DNA of 64,000 nucleotides from a virus: IMG/VR virus record IMGVR_UViG_3300032668_000013, positions 8,021 to 72,020 of that record; one strand, 5' to 3'. Shown piece by piece: positions 1 to 9,221 of this stretch (position 1 is its first letter; each line of letters starts with the position of its first letter). The notes under the pieces were generated by a model. It saw only the letters and a program-made list of their open reading frames with translations, ran no database searches and was not told where the DNA came from. The position numbers and the translations under genes were made by a program.

Positions 1-92
1 ACTTCTACATCATAAACATATTCTTCATCAAATAATCCTATTTCTTCACAACTTTCAATATCGTCAAATTCATATTTTAATTTTTCACTCAT
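1..92 (-). CDS. Start of split-intein C-half (IntC) presumably fused to DNA polymerase C-terminal part; runs off window
   Basis: Hand translation from ATG at 92: MSEKLKYEFDDIESCEEIGLFDEEYVYDVE, containing intein block F VYD(V)E; start overlaps the end of the endonuclease ORF (ATGAGTGA). Confidence 0.8.
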   Translation of the reverse strand, partial: MSEKLKYEFDDIESCEEIGLFDEEYVYDVE

Positions 93-1188
93 ATATTTCT
101 TTTATTATTTTATCTATTGTTTTTTCTAAACCAAACTCATTAAATTCTGATTCCCAAATAGTTATTAGTTTATTTAACTTTGTATCTAAAAAATCTTTTT
201 TAATTTTGTCTTTTTCCCAAATATTTTCTGCTGTTATATTTTTATCAAAAAAGAAATTATTATAATCACCTTTATATTTTAAAGGATTAGCATGATAATA
301 ATCACCATTGAATTCGATGCCTATATTTAGTTCTTTAATATAAAAATCTAAAAAATAATATTTATTACTACTATTTGAATAAAACCACCTTTCTTTTTCA
401 GCATAAAAATATGTATATTTTTTATTCAATTTTTTTATTAAATTATCAAATAATAATTTTGATATAGGTGAATAATAAGTTATAATTCTATTTATAACAA
501 AATTATTATATTTTTTACTACCCTCATCAATTCCATATTTATTAATAAAATAATCTAATGTAGTTGAATATCTTTGTTTGTCACAATAATCATTCCATTT
601 TGAAATTCCTACTTCCTCACCATGTTTTTTTATTAAATTATTAATAGTTACTGCTCTTGATTTATTAAATAAATCATATGTATTTTTATCCCATTCATAT
701 TTTTTATTTTTATATTCAAAAGAATTAGAATATGCTTGTTTTTCTTTATAATTTTCAAATTTTTTTATACCTTCAATCTTACCATATTTATTTACTAGAT
801 TTTCTAAAGTAACTGCCTTTTCTTTATGTACTTTTTTCATAATATTTTCAGGTATATCAAAAGCATAACAAGTCATACTATTAATAGTATTAAAAATTCT
901 ACTTTTATTTTTTGTTTCATATAATGGAATTTCGTTTATTAAACAATCTTCACAACAAGTTAAATAATAGTCAATATTATCAACTTTTTTTGATGAAATA
1001 CATGATTTATTATGAAGAATAATTTCTTTATTTTTTGTTACCCTAAATGTAGAATCATAATAATATATTACATCATCACAAATTCTACATTTAGGGTAGT
1101 TTGGAAAATATTTCTCAAATATTTCTCTATAAAAATTTTTAGTTTTTGTTTTATTAAATTTTTCAATAAATTCTTTATTTAGTTCCAT
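85..1188 (-). CDS. Free-standing homing endonuclease (Vsr/DUF559-like) between the polymerase split-intein halves
   Basis: C-terminal LDFYIKELNIGIEFNGDYYHANP...IWESE motif, repeated KYG..EG..K modules, position between IntN and IntC. Confidence 0.8.
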   Translation of the reverse strand: MELNKEFIEKFNKTKTKNFYREIFEKYFPNYPKCRICDDVIYYYDSTFRVTKNKEIILHNKSCISSKKVDNIDYYLTCCEDCLINEIPLYETKNKSRIFNTINSMTCYAFDIPENIMKKVHKEKAVTLENLVNKYGKIEGIKKFENYKEKQAYSNSFEYKNKKYEWDKNTYDLFNKSRAVTINNLIKKHGEEVGISKWNDYCDKQRYSTTLDYFINKYGIDEGSKKYNNFVINRIITYYSPISKLLFDNLIKKLNKKYTYFYAEKERWFYSNSSNKYYFLDFYIKELNIGIEFNGDYYHANPLKYKGDYNNFFFDKNITAENIWEKDKIKKDFLDTKLNKLITIWESEFNEFGLEKTIDKIIKEIYE

Positions 1189-1229
1189 CTTATATAAGTT
1201 TATTTATCACTATATATTAAATCTATATA

Positions 1230-1973
1230 TCAATTTTTAACTATTAATATTTTATCCGTTTTTAAGATTTCACTAGGTTTTACTTCAATTTTTTTACCAT
1301 TTCTAAAAACAATCATAGAATGATCATTTGTAACAATTATTTCTTTACCACTTTTAGTTTTTAACTTCCATTTTGGTTTAGATACTTTATGTCTAATTAT
1401 TCTAACAACTTTTGAATATTCTAACCCTTTATCATCAATATAATTTAGAATTTTTTCATTTGTTAAAACAGATTCATGACCTTTTATAGTTTCACCACCT
1501 GTTCCATTTATCAAATTCCGATTATACCAATTTTCTATTGTTATTTTTTCACCTTCTATATCAAGAAGTGTTGATGCATGACAAGAATCCGTATCACAAT
1601 AAATACTTACTGGATAAGATTTATCTATTTGTTTTACATTTTTAAGATTTAATTTTTCATGTAATTCAGTATCTAAATGCCACATATTATACCAATAATC
1701 GTCATTGGCTTTTTCCATTAATTGGATTACTTCTCTACCATGAGCGGTAATTGAGCCAGCTACGTTATTGTTGAATAGCACAAAATAAGCAGTTGCTAAT
1801 GCCCCGTAAGAACCTCTTTTCCCCCAGTAGATTTACACCCACTGGGGGTAAGCACCGTTAAGAACCAGCTTCAAAGCTAATTGAAGGGCGTTATAATACT
1901 CCACTTCTTTTTTTACTTCAAAAGCTTTAGCTCTTAACGAATCTAATTTTTTAATTTTTTCGTCTTTAGTCAT
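1230..1973 (-). CDS. Family-B DNA polymerase fragment (motif B to motif C) fused to split-intein N-half; interrupted by a 42-nt stop-containing insert
   Basis: ATG 1973 is in frame with the listed ORF: QLALKLVLNG[insert with TAA at 1833-1835]SYGALA...ITAHGR...YCDTD, then intein SCHAST...VTNDHS (1233-1586). Confidence 0.85.
1806..1856 (-). other. Hairpin insert with in-frame stop flanked by GGT(G/T)CTTAC repeats; candidate translational-bypass or excisable element
   Basis: GGT GCT TAC CCC CAG TGG GTG TAA ATC TAC TGG GGG AAA AGA GGT TCT TAC; stem CCCCCAGTGGGT/ATCTACTGGGGG with GTAA loop. Confidence 0.7.
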
Positions 1974-2028
1974 AAAACTTATATTATTTTTTAATATACA
2001 ATTTTATATTAAAATAATAAAAAAGTTT

Positions 2029-2919
2029 ATGATTAAAGAAAATACCATATCAGTAAATATAACTAGTGTAAATAGAAATCATTATATAAAATTAGGATAT
2101 AGTGTTAATATATTTGAAAAATTAGATATAAATGTATATGACTTACCATTAAGTTCCCACGTAAAAATAACAGCAATATGTAAAATATGCAGTAGTGAAA
2201 ATTATATTCAATATGGAAAATATATAAAAAATAAAAATAATCATGGTTTTTATTCTTGTAAAAAATGTTCTAGACAAAAAGCCGTGATAACATCTCAAAA
2301 AATTTATGGAGTTAATAATTGGATGGAATTAAAAGAAGCAAAGGAAATAATGGCAAAAAAATTTACAAATAAATATGGAGTAAAAACAAATTTATTATTA
2401 GAATCTAATAAAGAATTAAGGAAAAATATAATGGAGGAAAAATATGGTACTTCTAATTTTTGGGAACTAAGAAATAATATAAATAATGAATTTGTAAATA
2501 GTGGTAGTATAAAATTTATAAACCTAAATATTACTTCCTCTAAAAATGATATAAAAAACCCTAAATTAAGATACTCAGATGAAGAAATCAAAAAATTTTA
2601 TGATCAATATTTGATAGAGTTTTCTAATTATAGAAAAGAAGTAAGAAAATTAACTAAAAGAGTTAAAAATAAATTATATGAAAAATGGGATGGTTATGAT
2701 TTTTATGATAGAGAATATATAAAAGATTATTTAAATTTAAATTATGATAATAAAAAATATCCAACTATAGATCATAAAATATCTATTTATGAAGGGTTCT
2801 ACAAAAAAATTAAACCAGAGGAGATAAGTTGTATAAATAATTTGTGTATAACAAAACGTTCCTTAAATTCTTCGAAAAGAAATAAAAATTTCGAAGAATT
2901 TAAGGAACGAATTAACTAA
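2029..2919 (+). CDS. HNH-type homing endonuclease
   Basis: CxxC pairs, KYG repeats, YPTIDHKISIY...NNLCITKRSLNSSK; paralog of 25928-27091. Confidence 0.75.
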   Translation: MIKENTISVNITSVNRNHYIKLGYSVNIFEKLDINVYDLPLSSHVKITAICKICSSENYIQYGKYIKNKNNHGFYSCKKCSRQKAVITSQKIYGVNNWMELKEAKEIMAKKFTNKYGVKTNLLLESNKELRKNIMEEKYGTSNFWELRNNINNEFVNSGSIKFINLNITSSKNDIKNPKLRYSDEEIKKFYDQYLIEFSNYRKEVRKLTKRVKNKLYEKWDGYDFYDREYIKDYLNLNYDNKKYPTIDHKISIYEGFYKKIKPEEISCINNLCITKRSLNSSKRNKNFEEFKERIN

Positions 2920-3466
2920 TAATATCTTTAAAGATGTATTTACAACGTTCATCTATATTAATATCTGATAAATCAGTATGATCTATATTTTCTAATATTA
3001 AATAATCTCTTATTACATTATCTAATCTTGCTATTTCGTCTTTATTTTGGAATCGTATTCCATCTTCAACATTATCTAAAATAGGTGGGATATAATAAAT
3101 TTTATACCATTGATTTATATTTTTAAGAATTTCTTTTTGTAAATGATTTATAGCAGCAACATCTTTATTAGATAATTTTTTAGGGTATAGGGATCTAAAA
3201 TAGAAGTAGTTTAATATAGAGGAAGAATCACATATAATGTAATCTTTAGAACCCATATACATTTTTTCTCTATTTAGTTGTTTATAGAAAATAACCATTT
3301 GGTCTATTGGGGTATTTGGTATTCCCCATTCTGCTATATAATCGGTGGCTGCTTCGGTAACAAATATAGAATTAAGTCCTTTCTTTTTAAGTTGGTAGTG
3401 AATAGATGCGGCTAAAGTTGATTTACCTGAACTGGGAGCACCTACTATAGAAATTAATTTACTCAT
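2912..3466 (-). CDS. P-loop kinase/ATPase (AAA_28/NadR-like)
   Basis: N-terminal Walker A GAPSSGKST, downstream IICDSS and EDGIR. Confidence 0.7.
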   Translation of the reverse strand: MSKLISIVGAPSSGKSTLAASIHYQLKKKGLNSIFVTEAATDYIAEWGIPNTPIDQMVIFYKQLNREKMYMGSKDYIICDSSSILNYFYFRSLYPKKLSNKDVAAINHLQKEILKNINQWYKIYYIPPILDNVEDGIRFQNKDEIARLDNVIRDYLILENIDHTDLSDINIDERCKYIFKDIIS

Positions 3467-3486
3467 TATTTTTTTATTTTATTAAT

Positions 3487-3513
3487 ATTATATTTCAATC
3501 AAATAAAAAGTTT
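3487..3513 (-). promoter_or_regulatory. Putative middle-class promoter AAAC-N17-TATAAT (representative copy)
   Basis: Same spacing recurs at 14761-14787, 36432-36458, 40285-40311, 56601-56627, 58057-58083 and 63071-63097, each oriented toward a gene start. Confidence 0.55.
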
Positions 3514-3565
3514 ATGTAAGAAAGGTTTATTATTAATATATAATATATTAAAATAATTTAATTAG

Positions 3566-3955
3566 ATGCAGTTTTTTGTAGTATATGTTAAACAGATAAA
3601 AAAATTCCAAAAATACGTTAAAGTAAATAAAATAAGGAATAAATATATCATAGATATTAAAAAAATATCAGAGGAAGAAGGATTAGATTATGATTCGGAA
3701 AGGACGTATCTTAAAATACTGGTATTTAATAAAATACAACAAGCGATAGAAAAGAATAAAGATATTTATTATATTCCTGATTTTGATCATGATTTTTCTA
3801 TTGAGAAACTTTTGAATATTAAAAAAATTCTAAATGAGAATGACTTTAATATTCTTATTTTTTATAATGAATTTAGAAAAGATAATGATTTATTACAGGA
3901 TGCTTTAGGAAATTTAACTAAATTTTCTAATTCACAAATAATCAGAGATTATTAA
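3566..3955 (+). CDS. Hypothetical protein
   Basis: 129-aa ORF downstream of TTAATATATA (3533-3542), heading the structural operon. Confidence 0.6.
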   Translation: MQFFVVYVKQIKKFQKYVKVNKIRNKYIIDIKKISEEEGLDYDSERTYLKILVFNKIQQAIEKNKDIYYIPDFDHDFSIEKLLNIKKILNENDFNILIFYNEFRKDNDLLQDALGNLTKFSNSQIIRDY

Positions 3956-3974
3956 AAAATAAAACACACTAAAA

Positions 3975-5918
3975 ATGGCAAATCCTACTAATACACCAGC
4001 TCCTGTATCAGCTCCTACTCCAAATACAGATGTAGAATTTAATTCACCTGATCAAAGAAAATTTAAATTGGATCAAAATGGTAACAAGGTTGATATAAAT
4101 GATATAAAAGCAAATACAAAAAGTGGGGATAGGTCATCTCCATTAATAGGTGGGTCTCCTTTAGGAGGATTTGTATATGATAATACTAATCAAGGATATT
4201 CGATTCAGCAAGGTGATAAAATTGATGATTTAGATAGTGTTAAATCTTTATTTAATAATACTAATTTAAGACCATTTAAATCTATAAATGATAATAGTTT
4301 TGATTCTAATGTTTATAAAAATAAAATTATTGATTCATATAATGATTCAACTTATGATATAAGTACTTTAGATTTAATAGATTGGTCTAAAAAAAGTGGT
4401 AACGCTTCTATTGAATTAAATGAAATGGATTTTATATTTCTTAAAAATTTAGGAGTTTATACAAATAATAGATTAATTATTGCTAGAAGATTTCCATTTG
4501 GCATTTATGATGATTTAACAAACACTGCTTCAAAAAATACTAAACCTATTTCTAAATTAATATCATGGGTTAAAGATGGTGAAGATTTTATTAGTATTGA
4601 TTTTTCAGAAAAATGGGTAGAATCAGAGGCTAGTTTTGTTGAAATATTAAACGGAATTGGTAAAGACATGACCACTAATATAAGTAAAATGGATAATCCT
4701 ACTGATTGGGGTAGTGCTGCGGCAGCAGGTGGTGGTATTGTACCTTTAGCTGGTTTTACTGAAGTTTTCCAATATAATGTTTTAAACAAATTGGCTGGTA
4801 CACAAATGTCTACTGTTGATTTTACTACATTACCACAAGGTAATCCTAATTTAATTAGAGAATCAAAAAGAAGAAGTGTTGCAAGCTCTGGAAAAGAGCC
4901 ATTTAGTGGATTAAAAGGAGCATTTGGAGTAACTATGAAAATAGAATATGAACAAAAATATGTATATGGTATAGATCCTGCATTTGCTTATTACTCTATA
5001 ATAGCAAATGCTCTTAGTTTTGGTACTTCTGTATCATCATTCAATTTTACAGGAGCTTTAAGTAAGGAATTAAAAAAATTTGTTGATGATATAAGTTCAG
5101 GAGATTCTAATAGATTAATTGGTGCTCTTGTTGATTTTGTTGCTGCTATTGTTGGTGCGTTACAAGATATGGCTAGTCAGTTAGTGAATGCGGTAAAAAG
5201 TATAGTTAAAGGTGATGTTAGTCTTACTCAAGTTGGATCGCAAATATTAAAAACAATAGCAAAAGGTATAGGTTCTATAATTAATAAATACAAAGTTAGA
5301 ATTATAGGTGTAATTAATTCATTAACAGGCACACCATCTGGACCTTGGCATATAACTATTGGAAATCCAAAACATCCCATTTTTTCATCTGGAGATATGA
5401 TTGTAGACAATGTTACAATGACATTAGGTAATGTATTAGCTTTTAATGATTTACCATCAAGTATAGCATTAGAAGTTAAATTTTCTAGTGCTAGAAATTT
5501 AGGATCTCAAGAGATATTTCAAAAATTAAATTGTGGTAAAGAAAGAACTTATGTTGTAGCACCAGGATATGAAAATGGGATTGATTTTCTAACTAATAAT
5601 AACACTAAAATCTCAGATGCAGTTGATAAAAAAATAGATGAAATGGTAAAAAATAATGCGGCTCGTGAGAAAAAAGATGCTAATAAGGCTAACACAACTA
5701 AAGAAAATTATCAACCTATTATAGATAGTATAATAAAAGAAGCAAAAGATAAAAAATTAAAATATGATGGTACTATAACAGCAGTAGATGAAGCGAATGC
5801 TGTAAAACAATGGCTTGATGGTTATAATAAGACATCACAATTAAATGATAAAATTGGTTGGACTGCATCAGGAACTACAACTCCTGTTAGTGTAAAAGCT
5901 AGTGACCTTTTCAGTTAA
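3975..5918 (+). CDS. Putative virion/baseplate structural protein
   Basis: 647-aa ORF co-oriented with baseplate genes; no diagnostic motif recognised. Confidence 0.45.
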   Translation: MANPTNTPAPVSAPTPNTDVEFNSPDQRKFKLDQNGNKVDINDIKANTKSGDRSSPLIGGSPLGGFVYDNTNQGYSIQQGDKIDDLDSVKSLFNNTNLRPFKSINDNSFDSNVYKNKIIDSYNDSTYDISTLDLIDWSKKSGNASIELNEMDFIFLKNLGVYTNNRLIIARRFPFGIYDDLTNTASKNTKPISKLISWVKDGEDFISIDFSEKWVESEASFVEILNGIGKDMTTNISKMDNPTDWGSAAAAGGGIVPLAGFTEVFQYNVLNKLAGTQMSTVDFTTLPQGNPNLIRESKRRSVASSGKEPFSGLKGAFGVTMKIEYEQKYVYGIDPAFAYYSIIANALSFGTSVSSFNFTGALSKELKKFVDDISSGDSNRLIGALVDFVAAIVGALQDMASQLVNAVKSIVKGDVSLTQVGSQILKTIAKGIGSIINKYKVRIIGVINSLTGTPSGPWHITIGNPKHPIFSSGDMIVDNVTMTLGNVLAFNDLPSSIALEVKFSSARNLGSQEIFQKLNCGKERTYVVAPGYENGIDFLTNNNTKISDAVDKKIDEMVKNNAAREKKDANKANTTKENYQPIIDSIIKEAKDKKLKYDGTITAVDEANAVKQWLDGYNKTSQLNDKIGWTASGTTTPVSVKASDLFS

Positions 5919-5934
5919 AAAATAAAAATAAAAA

Positions 5935-6399
5935 ATGGATATTAAAGATTTAGATTTATTACAAAGAGATCCTAATCAAGATAATTTATATGACCTAACA
6001 CAAAATAATCTTAAATTTGACCCTAGTATTCAAGGTACTTATTTTGTTTTATCAGATGAAGAAGAAATGAGATTAGATTTAGTTAGTTATGCTATATATA
6101 ATAATGTTGATAATGTTGATTATTTATTAACATTGAATGATATTGATAATCCATTAAATATAATGAGTGGGGATTATATTAAATGGATAAGTCCAACTCA
6201 ATTAAATTCAATAGAAATAAATGTATCTAAAGTAGATACAGTTAGTTTAGGTTTAATAAATACAAATAAGAAAACTCAAATTGACCCAGCAAGACAAGTT
6301 TATGTATCAAATGGGTATTCATTTCCACCTACATTTAATGAAGCGGGAGGACCTCCAGCAGCAATTAGTGGAAATACAATAATATTAGGAAATAATTAA
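5935..6399 (+). CDS. Baseplate wedge protein, T4 gp53-like
   Basis: RLDLVSYAIY...LLTLNDIDNPLNIMSG LysM-like/gp53 pattern. Confidence 0.65.
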   Translation: MDIKDLDLLQRDPNQDNLYDLTQNNLKFDPSIQGTYFVLSDEEEMRLDLVSYAIYNNVDNVDYLLTLNDIDNPLNIMSGDYIKWISPTQLNSIEINVSKVDTVSLGLINTNKKTQIDPARQVYVSNGYSFPPTFNEAGGPPAAISGNTIILGNN

Positions 6400-6403
6400 A
6401 AAT

Positions 6404-9175
6404 ATGAGTATGTTATATGTTATAAATGTAAATTGTTATGTTTTAAAAGGTTCTAAAAAATTATATCCTGATTATAAATTAGGAGATAATGATTTAGGAG
6501 AATCTATAATAGATTATTTATCTGAATTTTGGCCATCAAAAGGTTATAAATTTATAGATACAACATCTAAAGAAATAACTCATGTTAATGACATGATATC
6601 ATACGATTTAGTTATAAATTTAGATTTATTTAATCAAGAAAATTTAGATTTACAAGTTTTTACACAAAAAATACAAACAGGTATACATAATATTTATAGT
6701 AAATGTAATGCATTAGTTAATATAAGTAGTAAAGAAGATTCTATTGTTAATAATTTTGACCCTAAACTTAATGGTGGAGGTTATCTTATGAATTTTTTCC
6801 TTAAAGATATACCTACACCAACTCTACCAACTCCTAGTTTTAAAGTAAATTATGACCCTAATCAGTTTCCAACTGATATAAAAATTGTTGATCAATCAAA
6901 GAATAGTGTAAAATATCAATATGATTTTGGTGATGGAGAAAAATCTATACTTAAAGAGCCTAATAAAACATACACAACTGAAGGAACATATAATATAGTA
7001 CTAACTACTGTATCAAGTGATAATTTATCAGCGACATATTCACAAACAGTTACTATTAAAAAACCAATAGATCCTGTTGTTGAATCAAAAAAACAAGATA
7101 CAACTCCTGATAATCCTGATACTAAACCTCAAAATCAGGTAGATAAGACAGCAAATGTAAATGAGACTAAACCTGATGAACAAGCAACAAATATAAAAAT
7201 ACAAACTCCAAATAATCCAGATTATCAAAGTGAGTTTATAAGAGGTTCAGGTTTTTCTCCTGTTATTTATTATAATTCGTTATTAATTGATAATTCAACA
7301 ATTGATTATTTTTCATTATATAATGATGGTTTTATTCCTTGTATAAAACTTAATTTTAAAGACTCTAGTGGTACAATTAAAAGTAAAGGATTTCCATTAG
7401 ATGATACAAAAATTAAAATATTTATTAGTTCTCGTTCTAATAATTTAAAATCTATAATATTAGATTTTAAAATTACAAATTTTAATAATGATGATGATAT
7501 AATGATGATAGATGGTATATTACAATCATCTAAATTATATACTAAAAATTATAAAAATTACGCAAATTCTACATCTTATACTGCTCTTAAACAAATATGT
7601 ACTGATATAGGTATTGGATTTAATAGTAATATAACTGATTCAAATGATAGAATGAATTGGCTTCAAAATGGTAAAAAGTTTTTAGATTTTATCGAATCAA
7701 TTGTAGAAAGATCTTATATATCTGATAAAACTTTTTTATCAGGATATATTGATTACTATCAATGTTTTAACTATATTGATATAGAAAAGGAAATGGATAG
7801 AGATATAACTGATCAACATGGAATTAATACAACTGGATTAGAAAGTGCTAATGGTTCTAATTCTAAAACAGATATTCAACCTTTAATTTTAACAAATGAT
7901 GAATCAATGTTACAATCAAATAATTATTTTTCTAAATTTAAGGTAATAAATAGGTCTGCTGAAATAAGTGCTGAAACAGGATATATTCAAAATACTGCGT
8001 TTTATGATAGAAATAAAAAACAATTAGTTAGTTTTAAAATAGATTCTATAACTAAAAATGAAAATGATAGAATAATTTTAAAAGGAGATCCTAATGATCC
8101 TAATTCATCAGAAACTGTTAATAATAATCAAAATTATCATTATTTAGGTAAATTAGATACATCAAATGTACATAATAATTATTTTTATACAAAAATAAAT
8201 AATTGGAAAAATATAACTGATTTAGGTAAAATTGAGATTGAGATTGAAATGGGTAATCCTAACTTTAATCTTTATCAATTTCAAAAAGTTAGTCTTATAT
8301 TAAGTAATAAATCTCCTATGGGTGGAGATGATAGTATGATTAATAGTAGATTAACTGGTGAATGGTTATTAATTGATATAGAATATGTACTCTCTCAAAA
8401 TAAATTTTCACAAATTTTTCGTTTAGTAAAAAGAGAGTTAGAATTATCTAAAGAAGAATTAGATGCAGAGAAAAATAATACAAATACTAATTATAAAAAA
8501 GAATTATCCGAAAATACTCAAAATCCAGAACCAAATCAACAAACTACAGGAACACCTGCTTTAGTTGATTATTCAAATCCAACAAAAGTTCCAGCAGTAC
8601 CTACTAATTATAATACAAGTTTACCAAAGAAAACTGATAAATTATCAAGCATATTTAAAACTTATACTTATCAATCTTTATATCCTATTATACAGCAATT
8701 AGGAATACCAAAAGGTATTGGGATACTAATGCTAGCACATGCTTTACACGAAGGATGGGGAGGTATTGAACAAGGAGATCCACAAATGGCAGCAGCTGAT
8801 GCGAAACATAGAACTAGAAGAACTAATAACCCAGGAGCATTAAGATATAGTACTATTTACGCACAATTTAATCCAGTATCGGATACTCCAAAAAATGGAT
8901 ATTGTAAATTTCCTAATGTTATTGAAGGGGTTAAAGCTCTTTATTTTTTAATAACTAGGATTAAAAATGGACAAAACCAAAATTTCCCATTAGCAGGAAA
9001 TAGCCCGCTATGGAATGGTGATCCTAAAACAGGATATATGGATATTTATGCCCCAATTTCTGATGGTAATAATCCTCATGATTATGCTATGGGTATATTA
9101 TCAGACTTTAATACTTTTGGTATATCTGGTTTAACTACTGATACTACGATAAATCAACTATTTAACATTAAATGA
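6404..9175 (+). CDS. Putative baseplate hub protein with PKD domain and C-terminal lysozyme-like domain
   Basis: PKD motif YDFGDG...P.KTY...GTYNIVLT; hub-like core ending LTGEWLLIDIEY; C-terminal HEG...RTNNPGAL...YAP. Confidence 0.55.
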   Translation: MSMLYVINVNCYVLKGSKKLYPDYKLGDNDLGESIIDYLSEFWPSKGYKFIDTTSKEITHVNDMISYDLVINLDLFNQENLDLQVFTQKIQTGIHNIYSKCNALVNISSKEDSIVNNFDPKLNGGGYLMNFFLKDIPTPTLPTPSFKVNYDPNQFPTDIKIVDQSKNSVKYQYDFGDGEKSILKEPNKTYTTEGTYNIVLTTVSSDNLSATYSQTVTIKKPIDPVVESKKQDTTPDNPDTKPQNQVDKTANVNETKPDEQATNIKIQTPNNPDYQSEFIRGSGFSPVIYYNSLLIDNSTIDYFSLYNDGFIPCIKLNFKDSSGTIKSKGFPLDDTKIKIFISSRSNNLKSIILDFKITNFNNDDDIMMIDGILQSSKLYTKNYKNYANSTSYTALKQICTDIGIGFNSNITDSNDRMNWLQNGKKFLDFIESIVERSYISDKTFLSGYIDYYQCFNYIDIEKEMDRDITDQHGINTTGLESANGSNSKTDIQPLILTNDESMLQSNNYFSKFKVINRSAEISAETGYIQNTAFYDRNKKQLVSFKIDSITKNENDRIILKGDPNDPNSSETVNNNQNYHYLGKLDTSNVHNNYFYTKINNWKNITDLGKIEIEIEMGNPNFNLYQFQKVSLILSNKSPMGGDDSMINSRLTGEWLLIDIEYVLSQNKFSQIFRLVKRELELSKEELDAEKNNTNTNYKKELSENTQNPEPNQQTTGTPALVDYSNPTKVPAVPTNYNTSLPKKTDKLSSIFKTYTYQSLYPIIQQLGIPKGIGILMLAHALHEGWGGIEQGDPQMAAADAKHRTRRTNNPGALRYSTIYAQFNPVSDTPKNGYCKFPNVIEGVKALYFLITRIKNGQNQNFPLAGNSPLWNGDPKTGYMDIYAPISDGNNPHDYAMGILSDFNTFGISGLTTDTTINQLFNIK

Positions 9176-9192
9176 TAAGTAATGTTTCTTAT

Positions 9193-9202
9193 TTAATATA
9201 TA
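9193..9202 (+). promoter_or_regulatory. Putative late promoter TTAATATATA (representative of more than 20 copies)
   Basis: Exact 10-mer recurs just upstream of starts, e.g. 1211, 3533, 14793, 24656, 27672, 28508, 32084, 38748, 49148, 60376. Confidence 0.65.
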
Positions 9203-9221
9203 ATAAAAAAGTTTTATCAGC

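Noticed and set aside
1821-1848. Polymerase hairpin as an intrinsic terminator or group I intron
   Set aside because: No U-tract follows on either strand, it lies inside a catalytic motif, and 42 nt is too short for a ribozyme core
1814-1855. The polymerase insert can be drawn with GT...AG ends like a spliceosomal intron
   Set aside because: The window is a bacteriophage with bacterial promoters and terminators; the GT follows from the GGT repeat and the AG is probably chance
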